In this document: one piece after another, positions 36,501-45,143 of the stretch
Position numbering within the stretch: the stretch's first letter is position 1
Layout: each line of letters opens with the position of its first letter
NCBI GenBank assembly: GCA_029564765.1
Contig: JAKQPK010000050.1
Span: 210,977 to 274,976 of the forward strand
DNA length: 64,000 nucleotides
Direction of reading: 5' to 3'
DNA from: Candidatus Omnitrophota bacterium
GTDB taxonomy: Bacteria; Omnitrophota; Gorgyraeia; Zapsychrales; Aceulaceae
The notes under the pieces: generated by a model
Databases searched by the model: none
The model's input: only the letters and a program-made list of their open reading frames with translations
Told to the model about the DNA's origin: nothing
Made by a program: the position numbers and the translations under genes

Positions 36501-39197
36501 TTCGCTTGACTCGCCAAACCAATCGAGTGTTAAGAAATGGATCTTGCCTGTTTGGACCATATTTTTTATTTTTAAGAAATTTTCCTCGCTTCCCAACCAG
36601 CTAAAAATATCTTGGGATTCTTCTATGGCTTTTCTAACGACAACCGACCAATTCAACATTCCACTTTTATTTTGAAAGACCCCATCCCAAAAGTTCTTCG
36701 CGCGCTCATTGCTCTCGAGGTCCGGTCTTACCTCGATCATTTTCTGCCAGATCTCGTTTTTACGCGCATAGCTGTTTGCGACGCCCGAAAGACCCAAGGA
36801 AACATCTTCTTGTGGCAAATATCCCTGTAAGAGATTTAAATACTCTTGTCGATTTCCTGAAATAGAAATGAGAGCGGCTTTGATGGGCAAAAATGCCTCT
36901 GTTACAAAAGGATTAAAATCAACCAAAACACCATCACTAAAATCACCGTTGGCAATCCAAGAAAAATCCTGCCCCGTGCCAACATAAGCACCCTGAGCAC
37001 TTTTAACTTCTTGATATGTCGGACCCCACCCCTCATTCGAACTTGACCATTGCAAAGCTGAACGCATGTCAAGTAAAGCCTGATCTTCAGCTCCCGAACG
37101 TTGTCCGCTTGGAGAAATTGATAGGCTTGGTATATTCCTAACGGAAACCATCTTCTCGTCTGTTGGAACGTAACTGACAGACTTAAAGGTATAACTTCTT
37201 CGCCCATTATCAATTGGCAAGGTGATCGATCTTTCGCTACCCGGTTTCATGTTCAAGGTGATCTCTTGATTGCCGCGACGCACTGCAGAAACGAATAAGA
37301 GACGCTCTCCAGTTTCAGCACCATTAACGATAAGATTCTTTACTCTCAGATTAATATCGATCCCTGCTTTCCGCATCTGTTCAAGGATCACAATATAATC
37401 TGTCTCATTGCGCAACCCCTGTGCGTCATTAAAAAACAAGAGCTGGCTGACAAAGGTTCCTCCATCGTTTAGCTGATGAAAAAGATTGAGCCACGCGGCA
37501 AGCGGATCAGAAAGATACTGCAAAACAAAAAAAGAAGTGATCAGGTCCATCTTGACGGGCTTTCCGTCTTTGTCATATATTCTTTTTGTCGTTATGTCGT
37601 TTTCAGGGCCTTTAAAAAAATTAACCTTGGGGGCCATCAATTCATACATCTCTTTGCCATCTGGCCCATATTCATTCAAGAACCCTTCGAGCGCTTGAGG
37701 ACCCATATCCTTAATTTGAGATTCTTTTTTGTCGATCCCATAAGCATCGATCAAGCTGCCATACGAATACTTAATATTGATCAACGACATCCCCAGCCCG
37801 CATCCGGCATCTAGGATCTTCGCCGGGACTTTTGTTCTGCTAGCCTTTGCGGCTAGGTTCTCAACGATCTTTCCTAAGGGATTTTCTCCTTGAACATTCT
37901 GGATCTCCACCCCAAAAAGATTAAGAATACCATCGTAGCGATAATAATCACGGTAATTAGTGTGGTTGCTCTCATCGGACAATTGGGAAGTTTTTTGTAA
38001 TGGCGATGCGGAGGAGCTCTGAAGCCCACTTGTGACAACTCGCAAAGATGATGAGCCGAGACTGCCAAGGCCATCTGTTTTTTCAATGATGCCGCTACCG
38101 TCAAAATGCGTTTTCATTTCAATGCCGCCGGAAAAATATTTTCTCGGGATCGCCTTGCGAATATAAGGGTCGAATTCAACCTTCATGATATCGCAAACAC
38201 CTTTTTTATAGGCAGCCAGATACTGTGCGTAGATCTTCTGGTGAACATCCTTGTCGTCAACATCAACACCCTTGACCTTGCTTTGATCACTGTACTTTTT
38301 ATTGATGATCGAATCCTTGAGCGCCTGCTTAAACCACGCCGCCAGAATAAAAGAGCTGTAAACTTGGCGCAACACAGCAAAATTCTTACCCTCATTGACC
38401 TCTTTCTCAAGCTCCGGCAACAACACTTCCCGAGCGATCTGAGAAGAAAGGGAGTTTTTAGCCGTTAGTATTTGGTCGTTAGTATTTTGTAAAGGCTTTG
38501 CACTAGATAGGCTATCGACTTGTTGCTTTGCCTGTAAAGCAACATAATCCTCCTCCAGCATGACCTTCAGCTTCGATTCGATAATAAAAGCTTTATCATG
38601 ATTCTCGTAGACCTTCGCCTTGGCAGGAACGATCCATACCTTATTGAACGTATTCGCCGGAATATTAGTCGTCCCAAAAAGCTCGTAGGATCTTTTATAA
38701 ACCTTATCCCAAAATACCTTTCCTGTCTTGCTCTCAGGATGCGTTAATGATGCCGTTATCTGCTTTAAAAGATAGTCCTGAGCTAAAAGGTCTCGCCCCA
38801 TTTCAGTTTCGCCAAAATCACCAGCAATAATGCGTTCTTTTTCGTAAGGGCTGAGATTAACCCATAAATTCTTCTCAGGAACGGTCAAAGACGCCAAAAA
38901 ATACCGAACAAGCTTCTGGGCCTCAATATTAAAGGCCTCGCCTTCCAGGCCCGAATCTCCCACATCCACGATAAAATCGAATTGAAAAGGGTTGTCGGGA
39001 TAGGCCCTGATCCCGCGAAGCATCGCAGGCATAAAGCTGTTGCTTAACAAAACAGGTGTTCCAGGCGCTGGCAAGCCTAAAAGCCCTTGGGCTAAGGCCT
39101 GAGGAGGAAAGACCGTTGTTAGCAAGAACACGCCTGCGACAAGCCAAGACAGGCTCTTTAATATACGCTTTTTTATTCGGCTATTTATCGTTTTCAT
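33540..39197 (-). CDS. Giant exported modular protein 2 (1885 aa): signal peptide + conserved N-cap + SAM methyltransferase-like and other cargo domains + conserved C-cap
   Basis: N-cap/C-cap shared with 8576..16129; ILDAGCGLG...FFVLQYLSDP, YVDAGTGQG...VIGFD, NQC...THE...VID motifs. Confidence 0.85.
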   Translation of the reverse strand: MKTINSRIKKRILKSLSWLVAGVFLLTTVFPPQALAQGLLGLPAPGTPVLLSNSFMPAMLRGIRAYPDNPFQFDFIVDVGDSGLEGEAFNIEAQKLVRYFLASLTVPEKNLWVNLSPYEKERIIAGDFGETEMGRDLLAQDYLLKQITASLTHPESKTGKVFWDKVYKRSYELFGTTNIPANTFNKVWIVPAKAKVYENHDKAFIIESKLKVMLEEDYVALQAKQQVDSLSSAKPLQNTNDQILTAKNSLSSQIAREVLLPELEKEVNEGKNFAVLRQVYSSFILAAWFKQALKDSIINKKYSDQSKVKGVDVDDKDVHQKIYAQYLAAYKKGVCDIMKVEFDPYIRKAIPRKYFSGGIEMKTHFDGSGIIEKTDGLGSLGSSSLRVVTSGLQSSSASPLQKTSQLSDESNHTNYRDYYRYDGILNLFGVEIQNVQGENPLGKIVENLAAKASRTKVPAKILDAGCGLGMSLINIKYSYGSLIDAYGIDKKESQIKDMGPQALEGFLNEYGPDGKEMYELMAPKVNFFKGPENDITTKRIYDKDGKPVKMDLITSFFVLQYLSDPLAAWLNLFHQLNDGGTFVSQLLFFNDAQGLRNETDYIVILEQMRKAGIDINLRVKNLIVNGAETGERLLFVSAVRRGNQEITLNMKPGSERSITLPIDNGRRSYTFKSVSYVPTDEKMVSVRNIPSLSISPSGQRSGAEDQALLDMRSALQWSSSNEGWGPTYQEVKSAQGAYVGTGQDFSWIANGDFSDGVLVDFNPFVTEAFLPIKAALISISGNRQEYLNLLQGYLPQEDVSLGLSGVANSYARKNEIWQKMIEVRPDLESNERAKNFWDGVFQNKSGMLNWSVVVRKAIEESQDIFSWLGSEENFLKIKNMVQTGKIHFLTLDWFGESSEEMIREFLQKAQISGQASVVHVSNILEWVAYSRMTQEERQNKFNLFMKNIKAFYPEEDYMLINATFDSLLPIRPADGTRMVVLSQDGKKRYADSDVSSAISSEIRNFEQYLVRQGNSQEAVAKAVSILQKHGQIYVDAGTGQGRFPLAVAGQNRDIGVIGFDSFAESGYYYRELWDQKKLDGLKEEKENLVILKGEFADLLYHIPDGAIDYLSVINPSPQVANFFEKWHNSGNLRKKMRSDGKIYYAPAKVDQAYFEGLSGFKKVSQRDILGISIDGGVVDYGVGDLYVSASSSSIPAELKNLAESIIKKYDPKHSNQCALATNEIMGIWENSSHLRLNYGFEPKTIYIPPNADRIREEELGITHEIIEIDGAYVIDTQLLQFKSRSKLDLPEDFFWKGIFTIEEYYENVPAFRNFIITEGGRIRVSRPTAENIILALDRQYPEKNKARIYQEVQKVIQEKKQFIPTLHALYFNDRISRSTRDLTEDVLLENGRALELNDKTIEKIATLDKDGIWKFKAVVDTTNNSNIVVFFSERYQEPNGNIMEHFKAAQGINENITRTLGLKYQARKASDGKFVITTADFFSSSLEMWVFPENTLTNDIVQGAYRALQQSIKVKMQLAGDGVYTVSQPLLNKLAAGEKVFFRKAGEQLELFNPDGSPVSSAVSQGEIKEQWDAISQKIQNGLISGMGAREALAFIQKTKEWLEKYRDFIPVNDAADKLRITSSVERMDRLRPGIEVDVALQAIAQEHGRSFFDVEGWLAKNYSAIKEAYGTVTTLENLYKMIFESDGKMIGSQAQRIFVNPGGEGQMTRVRLLNGFGGINLIFAKKTFEDSGIVIDRSAGEATITQDVQLRYLTIESKKAVWDVIQNYLEFKNEEFSSSKKQALAWALGYDSYSDLIDSLKDVRTGYEQAQVKPNEVGGIDLNPAHFDLERQGGASPIQFDLENFENIEIDGLYPVIINIAPVTNLPLLLGVRQESQPRLSLAR

Positions 39198-39306
39198 AAA
39201 ATACGCGCTCTATCCCCTGTCCATCCAAGACATAATAAGTATAATATATAATTTTATTGATAAAAGAGGATGTCTGTCGTTTTGGGAAAGCGCTACCTTA
39301 GATAGT

Positions 39307-39340
39307 AAAAGGGCGGCTTGAGAACATTCTCAAGCCGCCC
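39307..39340 (-). terminator. Intrinsic terminator after pspC
   Basis: GGGCGGCTTGAGAA/TTCTCAAGCCGCCC inverted repeat followed by TTTT on the minus strand. Confidence 0.8.
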
Positions 39341-39373
39341 CAATCCATTACAAATACTTAGTCTATATATTTT

Positions 39374-39562
39374 TTATACAGGTTTTTTAGGCACAATGAA
39401 CCACATGATCAAGTAGACAAGGATCCCACATCCAGGAGGAAAAAGCGTGATCAAAACAAAGCCGACACGAAAAAATACCGGATCAAGCCCAAAATATTCT
39501 CCCAGGCCTGCGCAAACACCACCGATCTTCTTCTCTTCCATGACACGATAAATTCTTTTCAT
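39374..39562 (-). CDS. pspC: PspC domain protein
   Basis: MKRIYR...IGGVCAGLGEYFGLDPVFFRV...YLIMWFIVP. Confidence 0.92.
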   Translation of the reverse strand: MKRIYRVMEEKKIGGVCAGLGEYFGLDPVFFRVGFVLITLFPPGCGILVYLIMWFIVPKKPV

Positions 39563-39657
39563 AAATTTTATTATACACAAAATCTTTTTAAAATCAATTA
39601 AGCCCCTAAACTTATACGCCTCTTAAAGAACATCAAGCAGCCAGCGTAAATTTATCC

Positions 39658-40365
39658 TTAGGCCTTTCCCTGTAAATACGCCTGACGCTTCGATTCAGAA
39701 AACCGCTCGATCGCGTAACGCAACATCGTGCGCGGCATCCCTTTATAATGCTTTGCAAGGAATCGCTCCTCGCAGATTTGATCGCGTTTGCCAACCTCGC
39801 GCAACATCCATCCTACGGCTTTGTGGATAAGGTCTTCTTTATCATAAAGCAAGATTTTAGCGATCTTTAGCGTGTCTGCAAACTTGTTTTGTCTGATAAA
39901 ATGGAACGTGGAAACGATCGCGATCCGCCTTTCCCATAACGAGCTTGAATTGGCTAAACGATAAAGAACATCCTTAGGCCTATCTGCGAGGAAAGTTCCA
40001 ACGATCTTAGCCGCGCTTAGGTCCACAAGATCCCAATTGTTAATGTGACGTGCATGCTGAAGGTAGAGCTTAAAGACGCGTGCGCGTTCAGCCTCATTAC
40101 CTTTCGCAAATCTTATGACAAGGATCAAGAGTGCCGTCAGGCGTTCTTCATGGATCTTCGATTTTAGAAGCCGAACGATCTTGGCCATCGGCAGGTCTTG
40201 AAATTCATTTGCAACTTCTCGGACCGCAGGAACTTGGACACCAATAAAAATATCGCCTTCCCCGTATTCACCGGGTTCTGCTTTAAAAAATCCCCGCAGA
40301 ATCTTCGCCTTGGCCGGAGAGGCGTACCGCTGAAGCTCCTTTTGAATACCGCCGAGAGTCATCAA
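39658..40365 (-). CDS. alkD: DNA alkylation repair protein (AlkD-like)
   Basis: GEYGEGDIFIGV, INNWDLVD, LWERRIAIV, IHKAVGWMLRE, MPRTMLRYAIE. Confidence 0.9.
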   Translation of the reverse strand: MMTLGGIQKELQRYASPAKAKILRGFFKAEPGEYGEGDIFIGVQVPAVREVANEFQDLPMAKIVRLLKSKIHEERLTALLILVIRFAKGNEAERARVFKLYLQHARHINNWDLVDLSAAKIVGTFLADRPKDVLYRLANSSSLWERRIAIVSTFHFIRQNKFADTLKIAKILLYDKEDLIHKAVGWMLREVGKRDQICEERFLAKHYKGMPRTMLRYAIERFSESKRQAYLQGKA

Positions 40366-40547
40366 CCCTTAACGCCACATCGGCGCAGGATCGTCATCAT
40401 CAGACACCAATTCGTGAACGCGGATTGCAAAAGATTAGCACCTACAAAAGCCGTGAACCATAACCATCGGCTATCAACAAAGACCGCTAAAGCGACGCTG
40501 ATCAGAACAACTGCTCCCGCGATACCGCGTAAATATCGCTCGACCAT
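40362..40547 (-). CDS. DUF2892/YgaP-like small membrane protein
   Basis: ERYLRGIAG...FVGANLLQSAFTNWCLM. Confidence 0.88.
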   Translation of the reverse strand: MVERYLRGIAGAVVLISVALAVFVDSRWLWFTAFVGANLLQSAFTNWCLMMTILRRCGVKG

Positions 40548-40558
40548 AGACCCTCCTT

Positions 40559-41830
40559 TTAAAAACTATATTTAACCCTCAAGTAAATATTTTTATTGCG
40601 CTTCATCTGCCCGAATTCCGTTCGATCATCCTCTCCCCAAGGCAAATTCATCCCCGCTGTGACCTTCCATTGGTCTGTGATATCGTAGCTGACCGAGGGC
40701 CGCACATATCCATCCTTATCCGATGGAGAATAAAAAGTGAAAAGGGTGACATTCACCGTTTGACCCTTAAATAGCTTAGTGATGCGGTTGGTTAGAAGGT
40801 GCCGGAATTCATCCCAGCGGTAATCTGAAGGCATTAAGTTATCGTCATAAGCTCCCTGATTAAGCCGTTCTTCCACTAAATACTGAAAACCTATTTTAAG
40901 ATCATTGCCCAAATCTCGACTATATCCTGCCATCAGCTTAAGCCAGGAATTCTCAACTGTACGATTTGAACCATTGGTATCTTCGCGGGAGCGAATATAG
41001 CCAAACTCCAGGTTGCCGATACCCCTGGCAAAAGGTCCTTGCAAGCTTGCGCCATAAACATCCACGGGTGAATAATAAAGCTCTCTATTTGCCTCATCCT
41101 TATAGCTGCGGGGATTCTTGTCGAACCCGTGAAAATAATAGAACGCGGCTTCATTACTGCCAAAGCTGCGGTACATCCTTAAGGCGTATTCATTGTTCGA
41201 CATTTGAAAAGGCGGGCTCACAATATGCCGATCCGAATTCGTTCCCGCGATACCGCCCTGGAAGCTGTCAAAAAAAGACAGACGGTCGCCTGTGGCGATC
41301 GTGTTGGGGGTAAAATAAGGAATGATAACAAGATCAATATTAGCAAGCTTTGGATAAAAAGATGTCTTAATGGCATCCGATGGCTTCTTCAAATACTCAT
41401 CGTCGCGTCCAATAAAAAAAGACTCGTAGTCTTTTGGGAATTGGTCATTGATAAAAAGATAATCTCCTGTTCCCCATGTCAGGACCTGTCGCCCAAGCTT
41501 GATATCCATCTTTGAGAATGGGCTCATGGAAAGACTCATCTCGCGAAGATCAAAATCCGTCTTTCCGCTGTAATATTCATCAACGGTAAAATCCCCACGA
41601 AAATTAACGACAGCACCTTTTTCAGCCCAATAATTCGCACCTTGAGCGTAATACGTTGTTTTTAGCTGGAATCTCTGTTCCAGCATGTTGTAATTATCAC
41701 GCTTAGTGGTATCGTTGCTCAACTTAATACCGATATCATTTTCCACAAAACCATGCAATCCGGAAAATGATGCCAAAGCAACCGATGGGCAGAAAAACAA
41801 AAAAAACAAAAAGAACAATATTTTCTTCAT
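40559..41830 (-). CDS. Predicted outer-membrane beta-barrel protein (DUF1302-like)
   Basis: Signal peptide MKKILFF...ALA, GRQVLTWGTGD, C-terminal YLRVKYSF beta-signal. Confidence 0.75.
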   Translation of the reverse strand: MKKILFFLFFLFFCPSVALASFSGLHGFVENDIGIKLSNDTTKRDNYNMLEQRFQLKTTYYAQGANYWAEKGAVVNFRGDFTVDEYYSGKTDFDLREMSLSMSPFSKMDIKLGRQVLTWGTGDYLFINDQFPKDYESFFIGRDDEYLKKPSDAIKTSFYPKLANIDLVIIPYFTPNTIATGDRLSFFDSFQGGIAGTNSDRHIVSPPFQMSNNEYALRMYRSFGSNEAAFYYFHGFDKNPRSYKDEANRELYYSPVDVYGASLQGPFARGIGNLEFGYIRSREDTNGSNRTVENSWLKLMAGYSRDLGNDLKIGFQYLVEERLNQGAYDDNLMPSDYRWDEFRHLLTNRITKLFKGQTVNVTLFTFYSPSDKDGYVRPSVSYDITDQWKVTAGMNLPWGEDDRTEFGQMKRNKNIYLRVKYSF

Positions 41831-41831
41831 A

Positions 41832-42611
41832 TCACTGGACCCATTGTGTCGGTGGTTGGCGAAGATACCGCTCAGTAAAGATACCATCCTCGATGCCTAC
41901 GTCATAAACAACATTCGTAAAATCAATGATCGTGCTGCCTTTGCGTTCGACATCCGTCGCCTGGGACTTAACCGCCGTAGGATAGCCTTGAACATCTTTG
42001 ATCTCCAATGCTTCCACAGTGCGCAAAAGCTTGCCAGAAGCATTATAATATTCCGCTTTCATCGGTAAAAAGTTTGTTTTGTCGATCCAAACAAAATAAT
42101 AAGCAAATTCAACACCTTTTGCTTCCTTAGGCGTATTCTTTATCTTAAAAAGGCCTCCCTCATCGCCGATTAGCTCATGGATATCCGCGTCAACCCCGCG
42201 GCCGGACACATCCTCATAAACAAAATGGGAACCCGCAAAACTTGAACGCTTATCCGTTGCGGCAACTCGCTTGACAAGGTCCAAGGCCGGCAAGTAAAGC
42301 CAGCGGTCGTCATCTTTGCCAATATTCTTCCAGACCATGTAAACCATTCGGGCAACATCTGTCGGGCGGCGAAAATACACATAAAACTTCTGTTCTCCAC
42401 CCTCTTTAACGTTCAGACGCAAGATGCGAAACTCCCTTGTCCTCTGTCGGCCTTGCGCATCCGTGATCGTCATTACGACATCTGATTGACCGCTTTTCCC
42501 CGCGTAATACGAGGCAAGATTGGCTTTGTTAACGATCTCCTCCACTGTCTGAGCCCAGGCAGGAGTGGTCCCTACAAAAAATAGAAAAAGAAGCAGTCCA
42601 TATCTTTTCAT
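41832..42611 (-). CDS. LolA-like outer-membrane lipoprotein-sorting protein
   Basis: Signal peptide, DDDRWLYLPALDLVKRV, SFAGSHFVYED, FTERYL. Confidence 0.88.
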   Translation of the reverse strand: MKRYGLLLFLFFVGTTPAWAQTVEEIVNKANLASYYAGKSGQSDVVMTITDAQGRQRTREFRILRLNVKEGGEQKFYVYFRRPTDVARMVYMVWKNIGKDDDRWLYLPALDLVKRVAATDKRSSFAGSHFVYEDVSGRGVDADIHELIGDEGGLFKIKNTPKEAKGVEFAYYFVWIDKTNFLPMKAEYYNASGKLLRTVEALEIKDVQGYPTAVKSQATDVERKGSTIIDFTNVVYDVGIEDGIFTERYLRQPPTQWVQ

Positions 42612-45127
42612 TTTTCACCTCTTTCATTAAAACATATATTACGTTTTGACGCGATATGGCAAAGCGCTGCCAACCCCACGATCACCAAAATACTGATCCA
42701 TGTCGTTGCTTTCCATCCCAACGGCGTATAGCCTAACAGCACGTAAGCAACCGCTAAAGCGACGAACAGCGCGACTAGCATGCAGCTTCCGCAATGACAG
42801 CTAACAGTTTTTTTGTTTTCATCCAGAACCCACTGAGGCTTAAAGTAAACGATCGCAGGCAAAATAAAAAGGGTCGCGATGCTTGAAAAAGCCATGATCG
42901 TGAACATAAAAAACCCTACGGTCTTGTAAGGCACTAGCGGCGCGGCTAAAAGCGGTAAAAAACCGATCGCAACGACCAGAGCATTGCGGATGATCGCTCG
43001 CCCAGGGCCTGTGAACATTTCAGTTGCGGCTTTTTTCCAGTCTTTTGTGTGATGGTTCACTTCGCTGATCCGCTGGATGTAATGGATCGCGAAATCAACA
43101 GACAGCCCTAGTGTCAGTGCTGAAAGAACAGCCACGGGCATATCGTAATCTTTGCCAAAAAAACCAAGAAGGCTGTAAATAAAAAGGATCGTCACCGATA
43201 AAGGGATCATAGAGATCAAGGCCTTAACCGGTGAACGGAACAAGAAAAGCATCATAAAAAGCACGATAATAAAACTTCCTAGAAAATTGTTGAGCATGCC
43301 AACGACCATGTTATTCTGCCAGACCACATTAATATATGTGAGCCCTGCCCAGCGCGCGGTCATTGCTTGCGGCGCAGGATGATCTTGCATATACTGCTCA
43401 ACAAACTTAACTACCTTGGCCATATATTTATTATCCCCGCTTTTAAGCTGGAGCCAAATATTGACTTTTGAATAATCAGGAGTTGTCATGTGCCAAAGAT
43501 CATCCGGCTTGTGGGAATTCTCAAAAGAGATCAAGCATTGAGCCACAGCCTCTTTGGTCGGCGGAATGACATTGTTAACCTTATCCCCTCCTAAAAGCTC
43601 ATAATAGATCTTCTTGGTAACATCAACCAATGATGTCGTTTTTCCGACGAGCCCTGTCGCCAACAAAGCTTCTTGCAAGCTTTCCACATAGCGCATGACC
43701 TGCGGCTGAATAAAGATCTCCTCTGACTTATCCGCAGCTTCCAGCACCAGATACGCTTCATATGTCCCGGCAAAGTGATCGTTCAAGACGCGATCCGCGA
43801 TACGCAAAGAGTGCGTTGGCGCGAACCAGCGCACGGGGTTATCGTTGACCTGGATACGCGCAATGCCATAAATGGCGACAGCGACAAGGATAGTCGTCGC
43901 CGCAAGGATCTTTTTCGCATGACGGGACACTAAAAACTGAACGGCACTTAATATCTTGTCCAGATAAGGGCTTTTTTCCTCATCGCCTGTCTTGCGAAAT
44001 CCCGAAAACTTCTTAGGGTCCATCAGCATGATATACGCTGGGATAAATGTCATCGTTAAGGCCCACGCGATCGCGACTCCCACAGCGACCGCGATCCCAA
44101 AGACCTGAACAGGCGGGATCGCCGAGAACGAAAGAGAAAAGAATCCCGCGAAGGTCGTAAGCGTCGTATACAACATCGGTGAAAATAATTCATCCATGAC
44201 AGCTGTGATCGTCTTCTTTTGATCATGAAAAAAACGGTATTTCTCAGAAAAATCGCTCAAAATATGAACACAATCCAAAACCGCGATCGGCATCAAGAAA
44301 ATAGGGATCATCGAACTCATAATGTGAACCGGAAAACCAAAGCCGATCAACAATCCCATGGTGACAACCACGGTCGCGATCGCCACAAGCATAGGCGCGA
44401 CGATCAAGACAAGAGACTTAAAAAAGAACCACATCAGCAAGAATATTGCTAAGCCAGCCAACGGAGCTGATACCGCCATCTGCTTGAACATCTCAACGCC
44501 AAACTGATCATTGGCGACAGGCAAACCCGTAAAATGGAATTCTTCATCTCCTGGATAGCGAGCGACGATCTTCTTAATATCCTGGACTACGCGATAGCTA
44601 AGGTCTTTTCGCTCAACAGGAATATACAAGCACAGCGCTTGCCCATCCTCAGAAACAACACTACCATAAAGCATAGGATGATCTTGGGCCTGTGCGCGGA
44701 TCGCTAAGGCTTCTTCACGGCTCGCAGGCGGTTGCGCCATCAGCCAGTCAAACTTCACCTCCCCAATGCCGCCCTGCTCGATATTGTCCTTTGTTGATAG
44801 CGAATAGATCTCTGAAGAAATGACGCCAGGAACATCCTTTATCTCTTCTGTGATCTGGTAGATCTTCGTCAGCGTTTCAACGTTAAATACTCCTTCCGGA
44901 TCTTTTTTATTAACAATTCCAACAACAACCATATCGTAGACAGCGAACTCTTGCTTTACTTCCCGGTGAAAGACTCGCGCGGAGGCCGTGTCAGGCAACA
45001 TATTCTCCGGATCCGTATCAACTTGAATGCGCGGATACGACAGCAAAGACGCGACGACGACAAGAAGCGTCATCCATAAAATAACCTTTGGCCGATCAAT
45101 ACCGAACGTTACGATCCTCTTAAGCAT
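42608..45127 (-). CDS. MMPL/RND family transporter
   Basis: Two TM repeats, FTGLPV, IAVLDCVH, TTLTTFAGF, GLSVDFAIH. Confidence 0.9.
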   Translation of the reverse strand: MLKRIVTFGIDRPKVILWMTLLVVVASLLSYPRIQVDTDPENMLPDTASARVFHREVKQEFAVYDMVVVGIVNKKDPEGVFNVETLTKIYQITEEIKDVPGVISSEIYSLSTKDNIEQGGIGEVKFDWLMAQPPASREEALAIRAQAQDHPMLYGSVVSEDGQALCLYIPVERKDLSYRVVQDIKKIVARYPGDEEFHFTGLPVANDQFGVEMFKQMAVSAPLAGLAIFLLMWFFFKSLVLIVAPMLVAIATVVVTMGLLIGFGFPVHIMSSMIPIFLMPIAVLDCVHILSDFSEKYRFFHDQKKTITAVMDELFSPMLYTTLTTFAGFFSLSFSAIPPVQVFGIAVAVGVAIAWALTMTFIPAYIMLMDPKKFSGFRKTGDEEKSPYLDKILSAVQFLVSRHAKKILAATTILVAVAIYGIARIQVNDNPVRWFAPTHSLRIADRVLNDHFAGTYEAYLVLEAADKSEEIFIQPQVMRYVESLQEALLATGLVGKTTSLVDVTKKIYYELLGGDKVNNVIPPTKEAVAQCLISFENSHKPDDLWHMTTPDYSKVNIWLQLKSGDNKYMAKVVKFVEQYMQDHPAPQAMTARWAGLTYINVVWQNNMVVGMLNNFLGSFIIVLFMMLFLFRSPVKALISMIPLSVTILFIYSLLGFFGKDYDMPVAVLSALTLGLSVDFAIHYIQRISEVNHHTKDWKKAATEMFTGPGRAIIRNALVVAIGFLPLLAAPLVPYKTVGFFMFTIMAFSSIATLFILPAIVYFKPQWVLDENKKTVSCHCGSCMLVALFVALAVAYVLLGYTPLGWKATTWISILVIVGLAALCHIASKRNICFNERGEK

Positions 45128-45143
45128 GTTTTTCCTCTCTGTC

